Origin: Octopus bimaculoides
Taxonomy: Eukaryota
DNA length: 34,963 nucleotides
Reading direction: 5' to 3'
Assembly: GCF_001194135.2 (NCBI RefSeq)
Contig: NC_068987.1
Span: 38,929,778-38,964,740, forward strand
The position numbers were made by a program, and so were the translations under genes. The notes beneath the pieces were generated by a model, which worked only from the letters and a program-made list of their open reading frames with translations, did no database searches and was not told the origin of the DNA. Shown here one piece after another: positions 11,821 to 22,862 of the stretch (position 1 is the first letter of the stretch; every line of letters begins with the position of its first letter).

Positions 11821-12387
11821 CAAATACATACATACATATGTGCGCACCACGAAACTGTCTTGACTTTAAATAAAAGGACTTTGTCATTTTGTTAGAGACC
11901 GGCTTGACTTCTGGAAAGAAATAGCATATATACGAACATGCATAGATACATACATGCACATACTCTAACACATCTAAAAACAAACTCAGCAACCAAAATT
12001 CCACCAATCCCCGTATTTGCTATAATTCCAACAAAAAGCTCCCTTGACTCCGACTGTTTTGAATAATGGTATAGTCCATCAGCGTAGGGTAATCAGTAAA
12101 AGCAACTCTAAAGCCTATGCGGAAATGACCTCAAGTAAGATGCCTTTACGTGCATTCCTTTACGAAAACAAACCTCTTTAACATCATACATTCAGTCATT
12201 AAGGGAACATTCGGTACTATTTAGGACAAAAGCAAAAGAATTGAAGAAACCCAGCTATCTTTGTACCATGTAGAACGTTCATACATTTTTGCTAAAATAC
12301 TGTTACCGTTCAGATTATATTTTTAAAAATGTTGCACAAACTTCTTTCAGATGGCGAATGGGAAGAGTTATAATAATAATAATATAT

Positions 12388-12742
12388 GGAGGCGCAATGG
12401 CCCAGTGGTTAGGACAGCGGACTCGAAGTCACAGGATGGCGGTTTCGATTCCCAGACCGGGCGTTGTGAGTGTTTATTGAGCTAAAGCTCCACGAGGCTC
12501 CAGTGGGGGGAGGCGAACCCTGCTGTACTCTTTCTCTCACTCCTTCTTCCTGTTTCTGTCGCACCTGTACTTCAAAGGGCCAGCCTTGTCACACTATGTG
12601 TCACGCTGAATCTCCCCGGAGAACTACGTTAAAGGTACACGTGTCTGTGGAGTGCTCAGCCATTTGCACATTAATTTCACGAGCAGGCTGCTCCGTTAAT
12701 TGAATCAACTGGAACTGTCGTCGTCGTAACCGACGGAGTGCC
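12388..12742 (+). mobile_element. tRNA-head SINE, family B
   Basis: A-box TGGCCCAGTGG, B-box GGTTTCGATTCCC; colinear with and highly similar to 27955-28336; ends GACGGAGTGCC. Confidence 0.93.
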
Positions 12743-13699
12743 GTAGTATATATAAATGTATATATAGTTTTATGTTCGTAATATCTCTTCATAGATGGTA
12801 TCACTTTTCCACTGTACCCCTTTCAACCGCTAGACAACCTTCTCTTACTACATCCATATCACTAAATAATAGCATTCTGAAATATTTCTTATCGAAAAAG
12901 CTCTACTAGCACGCACACATACACCCACAATCTTGTTCTCTCGACGCCTCTCTCTCTCTCTCTCTCTACATTAATATAGAAGGGAATAAGTAAAGAAAAC
13001 AAAAAGTAGGTCCCACGTCACAACATTCCAGATAATGAGACTGTCGACAAAATTTTAACCATATGCACAAATGCAAGCACTCAGTCATTGTCGTCCATAA
13101 TTTTTTTGTTATTTTCAATTAATGTCGAAGTTGTCAACTTGAACTCGGCACATTATATTCAAGTGGTCTCGAATCATGTTGGTGAGTGGACAAGAAAAAC
13201 TACGTGTCGTTTATTATAGTTACCCTAGTTATGTGGAAATTGTTTAAAAAATACAAACTGGAAACAACGTAACTAATTGTTTCTTCGACTNNNNNNNNNN
13301 NNNNNNNNNNNNNNNNNNNNNNNNNNNNNNNNNNNNNNNNNNNNNNNNNNNNNNNNNNNNNNNNNNNNNNNNNNNNNNNNNNNNNNNNNNNNNNNNNNNN
13401 NNNNNNNNNNNNNNNNNNNNNNNNNNNNNNNNNNNNNNNNNNNNNNNNNNNNNNNNNNNNNNNNNNNNNNNNNNNNNNNNNNNNNNNNNNNNNNNNNNNN
13501 NNNNNNNNNNNNNNNNNNNNNNNNNNNNNNNNNNNNNNNNNNNNNNNNNNNNNNNNNNNNNNNNNNNNNNNNNNNNNNNNNNNNNNNNNNNNNNNNNNNN
13601 NNNNNNNNNNNNNNNNNNNNNNNNNNNNNNNNNNNNNNNNNNNNNNNNNNNNNNNNNNNNNNNNNNNNNNNNNNNNNNNNNNNNNNNNNNNNNNNNNNN

Positions 13700-13754
<55 letters not shown>

Positions 13755-14019
13755 ATGTCCTACACACACTTACACAAACATTACTGGTGAAGAACAAAAA
13801 AAAAGACAGGATAGTTACAGTCTGTGTGACCAAACCTTTTCCCGGACAATTAATGTCTTGAGAATATTTGCCAAAAAGAAAGTTCACTCATATAACTAAT
13901 ATTTTAACTTTTAATTTTCGAAATAATAAGCTTTTACTGCTTATTTAACAACTGGATTACGACTCTGAATAATTTAATTTTCAAACGAGTCAGTACGTAT
14001 CTATGTACGTAAGTAAGTA

Positions 14020-14200
14020 TGTATGCACATATGTATGTATGTACACATACATACATACATACATACATACATACATACATACATACATACATACGTACGT
14101 ACGTACGTACGTACGTACATACATACATACATACATACATACATACATACATACATACATACATACATACATACATACATACATACACGCGTACATATAT
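14020..14200. repeat. (CATA)n/(CGTA)n compound tetranucleotide microsatellite
   Basis: Direct reading. Confidence 0.97.
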
Positions 14201-14373
14201 ATCATGAACCAACTGTTATTTTCTCAGATGCAGTACGGAATTTGGTCAGTGATCAGATCGCGGTCTCAAAGTGACGAAAATATTTCGGCAAATTAAATTT
14301 AAATGTTGAAGTGAATTTAACAGTTTTTGTGTGTTTTTAAATGGCTTATAAACACCTTCCACGCTGCAATTAT

Positions 14374-14406
<33 letters not shown>

Positions 14407-14546
14407 NNNNNNNNNNNNNNNNNNNNNNNNNNNNNNNNNNNNNNNNNNNNNNNNNNNNNNNNNNNNNNNNNNNNNNNNNNNNNNNNNNNNNNNNNNNNNN
14501 NNNNNNNNNNNNNNNNNNNNNNNNNNNNNNNNNNNNNNNNNNNNNN

Positions 14547-14600
<54 letters not shown>

Positions 14601-14601
<1 letters not shown>

Positions 14602-14955
14602 GAAGTGATATATCTCGACTTTGGAAAGGCCTTCGATAAAATCGATCATGGAAAAAGTCGATAACAAACTGCGTGATAGTCGGAAAATTGGGAGAATGGC
14701 TGCACGACTTTCTGAAGGACAGAAGTCAGGTGGTAGTAACCAATGGGGCCACCTCCAATGACACGCAAATAGTGAGCGGTGTTCCGCAAGGCACAGTTTT
14801 AGAAACACTACTGTTTATAATGGCCCACTCAGCTATGCCCTCAGCCACACAGACAGCCACGATCACAAGTTATGCAGATGGTACAAAGTCTCACAGGTGA
14901 TACAGAACCTTGAAGACATTATGCACCTGCAATGTGAGTTGCATGGAATATACGA
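14601..14955 (+). mobile_element. CR1/L2-group LINE reverse transcriptase fragment
   Basis: EVIYLDFGKAFDKIDHG, then frameshifted GKLGEWLHDFLKDRSQVVVTNG...SGVPQGTVL..LLF...ITSYADGTK (RT motifs LDFxKAFD, GVPQG, degenerate YADD). Confidence 0.92.
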
Positions 14956-14999
14956 TAGTGACCATATATATATATAATAGTGACCATATATATATATAA

Positions 15000-15922
15000 T
15001 CCAAGAGAGTTAGGGGTTGAGAATCCAACCCACTAAGGGATAATATCTATCCAATATACTGCTGGGAGAGTACCCAATTATTGTTATACTAGTGTTTTAC
15101 CAAGTGCAATAAGTGGGTGCGGATAAAAGGGGATTTTTACCTTAAATTTATATAGCAATAAGAAAATGGAGGGGAATATGAGGTACTCATCAACTTGCAG
15201 ACACTGTACTCTATTGATTAATCCGTTTATTTTACAACCAAAAGGACAATAAAGACAATATACAGACACTTTTGACATACTATGTCATATCAACAATTAA
15301 AATTTCAAACTTTAAAGGACATCTAGCAACCGAAGAAGGGACAAAACCTTACAGCTGTTTCAGCCTAGCGTTGGCATGCCCCATTCTATCTATATAACTC
15401 CAGTACGCTGGAGTAATTGGTAGATGAAAAGGATGCAATGTGTATGTATGTATGGGTGGGTATATATCTATATATGTGTCTGTCCTCCTTATATATAGTA
15501 ACAGTGACTTTTGAATCTTTTGGCATGCATGTACAGTCATCTATGTATGTACATCTGAACACACATATAGGTATTCATGTGTTTATGTTTTTGTATTCAT
15601 GTATATCTGTATATGGTAATGTATACATGCTTATGCATGTATATATGAGTTTTTATGACTCTTTATATGGGTTTTTATATGCTTTTATATTTTTATATTT
15701 CTATTTTTATACTTGTATTTGAATTTTGCAAAATTCATGAATTGAATTTTGTAAATCTCTGAAGAAGCCTCGTGAACCATGCATGTACTCCCATTGCATC
15801 CTTTTCATCTACCAATTACTCCAGCGTACTGGAGTTATATAGATAGAATGGGGCATGCCAACGCTAGGCCGAAACAGCTGTAAGATTTTGTCTCTTCTTC
15901 GGTTGCTAGATGTTCTTTTAAA
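15000..15922. mobile_element. Penelope-like pseudo-LTR in inverted arrangement (arms 15311-15440 and 15792-15922)
   Basis: The two ~130-bp arms are near-perfect reverse complements and both carry the GAAAC-AGCTGTA half of a hammerhead. The PLE assignment and the 15000 boundary are inferred from the HHR plus inverted-repeat architecture. Confidence 0.7.
15753..15888 (+). ncRNA. Type I hammerhead ribozyme motif with a long stem II extension
   Basis: Stem I AAATCT (15753-15758)/AGATTT (15883-15888); CTGAAGA (15759-15765); stem II AGCCT...AGGCC enclosing 95 nt; GAAAC (15871-15875); perfect palindrome ACAGCTGT; GTA triplet, cleavage after 15882. Confidence 0.8.
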
Positions 15923-16046
15923 GGAAACAAGCAGTCAATGGATGTTAGTTGCGGATAGATTTTTCACAAAACACTTAGTAATAAAAGAATTATAAAACCA
16001 AAATCTTGGTTTTGTACCTTATTTATATATAAAATACCACATTTAG

Positions 16047-16072
16047 CCGTCATTTTTGACGGGGCCCAGCTA

Positions 16073-16073
<1 letters not shown>
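16047..16073 (+). mobile_element. Helitron-type 3' terminus
   Basis: Hairpin CCGTCA-TTTT-TGACGG, then GGCCCAG, then CTAG followed by T. Confidence 0.6.
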
Positions 16074-16110
<37 letters not shown>

Positions 16111-16281
16111 NNNNNNNNNNNNNNNNNNNNNNNNNNNNNNNNNNNNNNNNNNNNNNNNNNNNGGTTCATTTTTAGTATTCTCGTTTGTGAGAGCAATCGA
16201 GTTTATTAAAAAACATCTCCGGTTAATCATTGAGAGGATGTTGGTGTTACCTTGGTCGAAGTTTGTGCTCTCTGAGTGCTC

Positions 16282-16320
16282 TTATTATTATTATTATTAT
16301 TATTAATATTATTATTATCA

Positions 16321-16382
<62 letters not shown>

Positions 16383-16383
16383 G
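16282..16383. repeat. (TAT)n trinucleotide microsatellite
   Basis: Direct reading; source of the poly-L and poly-N ORFs. Confidence 0.97.
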
Positions 16384-16384
16384 A

Positions 16385-16930
16385 CTGAGAGAGCAGTGCA
16401 TGTCATCAAAATGACACTGGGGTACAAATATATGAAGCTAAATATACCCATCATGACTACCAGTCTGATAAAGATACACCAGGCACATGCATCACAACCA
16501 AATGTGCGTGACATGGTGATCTCATATCAAAATAGACCTCGCACATGGGGCCCAGCTAGAAATTTCTTCAGCTCGAATAGCTCATCCTGCTCAAAAGGTC
16601 CCTGAATGAGGTTTGTTTAAGGATGATGAATGAAACACCCATGTGTCCATAGGTGCATCATTCAAACCCCAAAGAATTCCTCTCAGCACATGACTATGAT
16701 GTTTCCCACTACTCCTGCTCGTGATCAGAGATGCACATATCGTCATCCACTAAGGGGCATGTTCAACTGGTTATGGTCAAGCAGCTGACAAGCAAATCTG
16801 TGATATTGAGCAGAATATTTGCTGTAGCCCATCTTTTATACCAAGACAAAACAATGTACATGGTAACACTTCCAATCAGTTAAGATCAGAAGCCATAAGA
16901 GCCAGTGCCTGGTACAGCATCAGGGCATTT
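16385..16930. mobile_element. Unclassified interspersed repeat (probably two pieces)
   Basis: Looks like a repeat I associate with octopus genomes and ends in GGCATTT x3. No second copy in this window, so this rests on recognition only. Confidence 0.35.
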
Positions 16931-16954
16931 ATGGCATTTGGGCATTTATTATTA

Positions 16955-16980
16955 CTAGCTGGACCATGAAAAATTCACGG
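16955..16980 (-). mobile_element. Helitron-type 3' terminus
   Basis: Minus strand CCGTGAA-TTT-TTCATGG-TCCAG-CTAG|T; same layout and CCAGCTAG ending as 16047-16073. Confidence 0.55.
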
Positions 16981-17039
16981 AAACATAAAAAATGTAAGCA
17001 TCTGTAAACAGTGTACTGGTTCCATGAGAAATGTTTGTA

Positions 17040-17175
17040 TATTTACGTTCTGAGTTCAAATCCTGCCGAGATCGACTTTGCCTTTCGTCTATTAGGGGTC
17101 GATAAATTAAGTATCAATTGTGTACTGAGGTCGATCTAATCAACTGCCCCTCCCCACAAAAAATTCAGGCCTAGA
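17040..17175 (+). mobile_element. tRNA-head SINE, family C (5'-truncated)
   Basis: B-box GAGTTCAAATCC followed by GTCGACTTTGCCTTTC-like and GGGGTCGATAAATTAAGTA blocks; homologous to 10632-10705. Confidence 0.85.
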
Positions 17176-18173
17176 AAAGTATATTGTGACAGTTACAGAA
17201 TATAGAAAGTAATGTAACACCAATAACTGTATAATCCAACCAAAATATCTGTTACACAAACGAAAATGGAATTACTATTCAACCTTATAATACATCGTAC
17301 ATATTTAAAGAACCTTAATGTACAAATTGAAATGCAAAAGATCGAAATAATAAATGGATTTATGAATGAAAGTTTGGTAATTGCGTTTATTTCCACTCCA
17401 CGACACTTATAATTGCAAACATGTCTCTTTCACTCTCTCTTTCTCTCTCACTTTTTCTCTTACGTCCTCTCTGAAATATTTAAAAACACAAAACGAATGC
17501 TGTTACCACTCACTGTCTCTTTCACTNNNNNNNNNNNNNNNNNNNNNNNNNNNNNNNNNNNNNNNNNNNNNNNNNNNNNNNNNNNNNNNNNNNNNNNNNN
17601 NNNNNNNNNNNNNNNNNNNNNNNNNNNNNNNNNNNNNNNNNNNNNNNNNNNNNNNNNNNNNNNNNNNNNNNNNNNNNNNNNNNNNNNNNNNNNNNNNNNN
17701 NNNNNNNNNNNNNNNNNNNNNNNNNNNNNNNNNNNNNNNNNNNNNNNNNNNNNNNNNNNNNNNNNNNNNNNNNNNNNNNNNNNNNNNNNNNNNNNNNNNN
17801 NNNNNNNNNNNNNNNNNNNNNNNNNNNNNNNNNNNNNNNNNNNNNNNNNNNNNNNNNNNNNNNNNNNNNNNNNNNNNNNNNNNNNNNNNNNNNNNNNNNN
17901 NNNNNNNNNNNNNNNNNNNNNNNNNNNNNNNNNNNNNNNNNNNNNNNNNNNNNNNNNNNNNNNNNNNNNNNNNNNNNNNNNNNNNNNNNNNNNNNNNNNN
18001 NNNNNNNNNNNNNNNNNNNNNNNNNNNNNNNNNNNNNNNNNNNNNNNNNNNNNNNNNNNNNNNNNNNNNNNNNNNNNNNNNNNNNNNNNNNNNNNNNNNN
18101 NNNNNNNNNNNNNNNNNNNNNNNNNNNNNNNNNNNNNNNNNNNNNNNNNNNNNNNNNNNNNNNNNNNNNNNNN

Positions 18174-18845
18174 ATTGCTGACCTGTGGGGTTATATTGAA
18201 CAGCTGCTGTCACGAATGGGATGGATCCGTCTATCGGCCGAATCTATAGTGATGATCGCACCGCCACCCTCCTGCAATCGGGCAAGCAGGGCAGTTTTCC
18301 CTTGCTTGGTGGCTATGGCGAAAGTGGATGTTTGGTGGACAAGCCTGAAAATCATGAGGATAGAAACATTCCACTTTGAGCTCTCATTGAATTTTTCAAG
18401 TTTCGCTTGAAAAGGAAATTGAGAGTGGAAAGGAGAGTACTATTCTCGAGTGAGTTTATTGAAGGGTTGGTGAAAGTTGCGAAAATGGCAAGAGTGGATG
18501 GTATCTCTCTAAGTGTAGACCTGTGAGTCGGAGAGAAGGAATTGGAGAGGGCATTTGCTCCTAGGGTTTCAGGAAAATCTCAGACAGTAGGGTTCCTCGA
18601 TTCTCCCTAGAGGCCTTCCCGTATCAGGAGGGCCACATTTCTCACATCTTCCCCACCTTCTTTATTTTTTTACCTTTGTATGCTTTGCCTACGTCCCTTC
18701 CTTTTCAGAGTATGCCGTGTATACTTACTTTTTTTTTATTTCATTGATATATGTAAACCACCACACTTTATGTTTGTCTCTGTATTGTCCCCCTCATCCT
18801 TCGCCTTTGTGGCAAATAAATTAAATTATTATTATTATTATTATT
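18174..18845 (+). mobile_element. 3' end of an L1/Tx1-type LINE (ORF2 C-terminus, 3' UTR, (TAT)n tail)
   Basis: IADLWGYIEQLLSRMGWIRLSAESIV..APPP...VFPCLVAMAK..VWWT, then frameshifted LIEFFKFRLKRKLRVER...DL*. Followed by a pyrimidine-rich UTR, AATAAA and a TAT-repeat tail; the 5' part is lost in an N gap. Confidence 0.8.
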
Positions 18846-19177
18846 GTTGTTGTTGTGAATATAGATAGCGCGTACCTGTTAACAATGTGTACGTTAACTT
18901 AAAAAGTGCGCAGTACATTAAAGTAAGGTATAGGGGTTATTTTCATAAGGTAAAGTGGAAAAGTAATGTCGAGATTTCGCCGGTCGTCGACCTCATTTGG
19001 ACTTCAAAAAGCGAATCAAAGATTAAATTATAATTACAACAAAATGTTTAATATTTAGCCTCGACATAAACGTAGACTAGGTGGTTAAACCACAGATATT
19101 TCAACAACTAGGATGAAAGATCAAATCGGTCAGTTAGGGATTTGCTCTTATTTGCCTCTAACTGAGGGGAAAGAGAT

Positions 19178-19218
<41 letters not shown>

Positions 19219-19431
19219 CTGCATATGGAGAATGTAAACAATATCATAATCTGCGCAAATCTTTATATTTGCTCACATCCAGTCCTAGGCAGACAGGCGA
19301 CATTACTTTTCCACTTTACCTTATGAAAATAACCCCTATACCTTACTTTAATGTACTGCGCACTTTTTAAGTTAACGTTCACATTGTTAACAGGTACGCG
19401 CTATCTATATTCACAACAACAACAATAATAA
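18838..19431. mobile_element. 594-bp foldback/MITE-like element with 134-bp terminal inverted repeats
   Basis: 18838-18971 is the reverse complement of 19298-19431 with one mismatch seen (GTGTACG vs GTGAACG). The 326-bp spacer is non-coding and includes (GA)n. Confidence 0.9.
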
Positions 19432-19749
19432 GATGCGGGATGGGTATGGTTGGAACCACTTTGAAAATATGTTTGCTGTTTCAGATGTTGAGCAACACCA
19501 GCAATATATATATGAATGCACGTGACAACTGCTTGTGTACATGCGTGAAAAAATATGTTTAAAGAGCTGAATTACAAAATCTTAAACATGGGAAAAAGAG
19601 ACAAAGAATATTGTTTCTTTGTTAGTTTGTGTTTCTTATTTCTTTATGTGACATTTTAAAATAGAAGCTAAAAATAGCTCTAAAGTAAGAACAATTTGTA
19701 TGTGGCTGAGTAATAATATCATAATGGGTCACATAACGATTTTGCAGCT

Positions 19750-20576
19750 ATGAATAATTAAAGAGACGCGAAAAAACTGAGAAGGCAGCATATAGAAAAC
19801 GCAGACAGTAAACAACGGAAAACGAAAAACGGAAAACAAAAAAGAGAAACTAAAATGTCAAAAATGAAAAATAAAAGCTAAAAGAGCTATCCTCCTTGGA
19901 CCTTAAAGGATAAGGCTGAAAAGATATCAAGTCAGTCAGGAATAGGCTGAATTTTTCGATTATTAAAAATATATTTAAATATATGCATGCAACCACTGAA
20001 AATTTCTGTCCTGGAGTCCAATAGAGAGTTAGGGATCTTAGATCTGAACAAGATCTGCTCTCTTCTAGCTAAACGAAGTCTACATCTATTCGATCCATTC
20101 ACATAAGGTTTTTCAATTACTTCCATTTAATCACATGCGGGGTTTCGTTATCTTTCAAAGTCCATACATAGCTAACTAACTTAGTAGCTTTACTTTTGTC
20201 CCTATGTCGGAAGAAGGCTATGTGATTGGCATAGCGATTTTTAAATTCACCTTCCCATAATCCAATATAGGTCTTCTTATCAGTTGAATTATTATTTAGG
20301 ATTGCAGTAACTTCTGCCTCATATATAATAGATTTAGTCGTACATCGTTGGTCAAGTGGACAGGATCCTGGGTCGCAACAGTTGCAACTAGATTCAGGTT
20401 CTTGGTATTGACCCCGTGTAATGGTACTCTTCATATTGGGGCAGCAGCTATATGATAATTTCACAGAAGGACTATTAAATATTTTCCAGTATCTGTGAGT
20501 GGCTGGAAAGTGTTTGTCTTGCAGTGACAGTAATCTTTTACCAATGTTAGTTTTTATATTAAGGGAAAAGGGAAGG
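19750..20576 (-). mobile_element. Penelope-like element, inverted arm with GIY-YIG endonuclease and 3' UTR
   Basis: CNCCDPGSCPLDQRCTTKSIIYEAEV...TYIGLWEGEFKNRYANHIAFFRHRDKSKATKLVSYVWTLKD...IKWK, then KPYVNGSNRCRL. This is the typical PLE CNC-CPL plus GIY-YIG C-terminus. Confidence 0.95.
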
Positions 20577-21780
20577 GCGACGTCTGTGATCTTGTGGATT
20601 TATTTATATTACATACATTGAGATATAGATACCCGGCTCATGACATTGGTTTATACCGTGACGGTGGTTTGGGTATTTCCCATAGGTGTTATGGTCACCC
20701 CCTTGATAGATTTAGGAAACAACTAATTTCTAGCTTTAATCAATTATGACTTAAAATTACAGCAGCTACTAATCTCTATATAGTTGATTATGTGGATGTT
20801 TTCCTAGATTTAAACTCTTCCTCGTATAAACCTTTCCATAAGCCTAGTGAGAAACTCGCATGTATACATAAACAGTCTTGTCAACCTCCTGTAGTATTTA
20901 AAAACCTGATAGCTAATATTAGTAACAGTGTCAAACCTCTCTACTTCCAAAGAAATTTTCGAGAAAGCTGCCTCCCTTATAACAAGGCCCTAGCCAATAG
21001 TGGCTTCAAGGATAATATATAATCCCTCTAATAATAACCAAAATATTAATAATAGATCTAGTAGCATCAAAGGTAAAGTAGTATTAATCAGGATAATAAG
21101 AAACCTAAAAATAGGCAAAGGAAAATTATTTGGTTCGCCCTCCCTTTTCCCTTAAAATAAAAACTAGCATTGGTAAAAGATTCCTGTCACTCCAAGACAA
21201 ACAATTTCCTACCACTCACAGATACAGAAAAATGTTTAATAGGCCTTCTGTGAAATTATCATATAGCTGAAGAATATCATTACACGTGGTCAATACCAAA
21301 AACCTGAATCCAGTTACAACTGTCGTGACCCAAGATGCCAATCACATAGCCTTCTTCCGACACAGAGACAAAAGTAAAGTTACTAAGTTGACCAGCTATG
21401 TATGGACTTTGAAAGATAACGAAACATTGCATGTGATTAAACGGAATAAATGTAGACTTATTAAACAAAATAAATGTAGATCCTGTTCAGATCTAAGATC
21501 CCTAACTCTCTATAGAACTCCAGGTCAGAAATTTTCAGTGATTGCATGTATATGTATAAATATATTTTGAAGAACTGAAAAATTCCGCCTATTCCTGACT
21601 AACTTGTTATCTTTCCAGCCTTATTATCTAAGGTCTAAGGAGGATTATTTTACCTTTTACCTTTTACTTTTTATTTTTGACATTTTAGTTTCTGTTTTTC
21701 GTTTTCCGTTGTTTACTGTCTGCGTTTTCTATATGCTGCCTTCTTAGTTTTTTTGCGTTTCTTCTATTATTCAATTTCTT
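20575..21780 (+). mobile_element. Penelope-like element, forward arm (RT C-terminal half, partly deleted GIY-YIG, 3' UTR)
   Basis: VCDLVDLFIL...IGLYRDGGLG (degenerate LYRDDGL), VDYVDVFLDLNSSSYKPFHKP...IHKQSCQPP, RKIIWF..PFS. About 21140-21780 is the reverse complement of 19750-20576 apart from an internal deletion. Confidence 0.95.
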
Positions 21781-21800
21781 TAGTTATGATATGTGGTTCG

Positions 21801-21870
21801 CACCTGAAGAATATGTTTGAGTTTTCTCAACATATGAAAGTATTAGTAGCACTTTAATACATGTATTGTG
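21801..21870 (+). ncRNA. Degenerate hammerhead motif at the 3' end of the Penelope arm
   Basis: CTGAAGA (21804-21810); stem II ATATGTTTGAG-TTTT-CTCAACATAT; GAAA (21836-21839); stem III GTATTA/TAATAC. The U of the NUH triplet and stem I are not intact. Confidence 0.55.
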
Positions 21871-21959
21871 ACTTTTAAATAAATAATATTTGTCTCTCAA
21901 CAGATGGAATACTTTTCTTGTTGAATTTTCTATCTCTGATAAAAACATTATATATGCAT

Positions 21960-21960
<1 letters not shown>

Positions 21961-22034
<74 letters not shown>
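21961..22034. repeat. (GATA)n microsatellite
   Basis: Direct reading. Confidence 0.98.
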
Positions 22035-22035
<1 letters not shown>

Positions 22036-22809
22036 GAAATTAATTAGAATTACGTCGAATTTTCAATTACGGGATGGGCGTTGCCATGAGAATGGTTGTT
22101 TGTTTAATAACGTCATATAGTAAAACAAAACCACTAGATTACTTCGTCAGACATGTTTGAAGAATCAAAACACAATTCGATTCAGTCTACGAGAAATTTG
22201 TCACAACATTCCAAGAAAATTTTTAGAATGCGTTTACAACAAATAACATGAGGGCATAGGATAAATTCAATNNNNNNNNNNNNNNNNNNNNNNNNNNNNN
22301 NNNNNNNNNNNNNNNNNNNNNNNNNNNNNNNNNNNNNNNNNNNNNNNNNNNNNNNNNNNNNNNNNNNNNNNNNNNNNNNNNNNNNNNNNNNNNNNNNNNN
22401 NNNNNNNNNNNNNNNNNNNNNNNNNNNNNNNNNNNNNNNNNNNNNNNNNNNNNNNNNNNNNNNNNNNNNNNNNNNNNNNNNNNNNNNNNNNNNNNNNNNN
22501 NNNNNNNNNNNNNNNNNNNNNNNNNNNNNNNNNNNNNNNNNNNNNNNNNNNNNNNNNNNNNNNNNNNNNNNNNNNNNNNNNNNNNNNNNNNNNNNNNNNN
22601 NNNNNNNNNNNNNNNNNNNNNNNNNNNNNNNNNNNNNNNNNNNNNNNNNNNNNNNNNNNNNNNNNNNNNNNNNNNNNNNNNNNNNNNNNNNNNNNNNNNN
22701 NNNNNNNNNNNNNNNNNNNNNNNNNNNNNNNNNNNNNNNNNNNNNNNNNNNNNNNNNNNNNNNNNNNNNATATATATATACACGCACACATAATGACAGA
22801 CAGGCAGGC

Positions 22810-22810
<1 letters not shown>

Positions 22811-22862
<52 letters not shown>
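22811..22862. repeat. (GATA)n microsatellite
   Basis: Direct reading. Confidence 0.97.

Noticed and set aside
12388-12460. tRNA-like sequence with A and B boxes (also 27955-28030)
   Set aside because: It continues into a shared ~300-bp body and tail and has no proper acceptor stem, so it is a SINE head, not a tRNA gene.
14956-14999. 22-bp direct duplication ATAGTGACCATATATATATATA; similar short duplications near 25928-25967 and 28607-28652
   Set aside because: Ordinary slippage duplications with no spacer diversity; not CRISPR-like or otherwise informative.
22100-22160. CTGACGA-AGTAA...TTACT on the minus strand
   Set aside because: The hairpin is not followed by GAAA; likely chance.
3010-22791. 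Long ORFs in the track that span N gaps (for example 6587-7636, 6716-7861, 13273-13887, 17381-18181, 22182-22787)
   Set aside because: Their length comes from X residues in assembly gaps; the flanking codons are microsatellite or SINE sequence.
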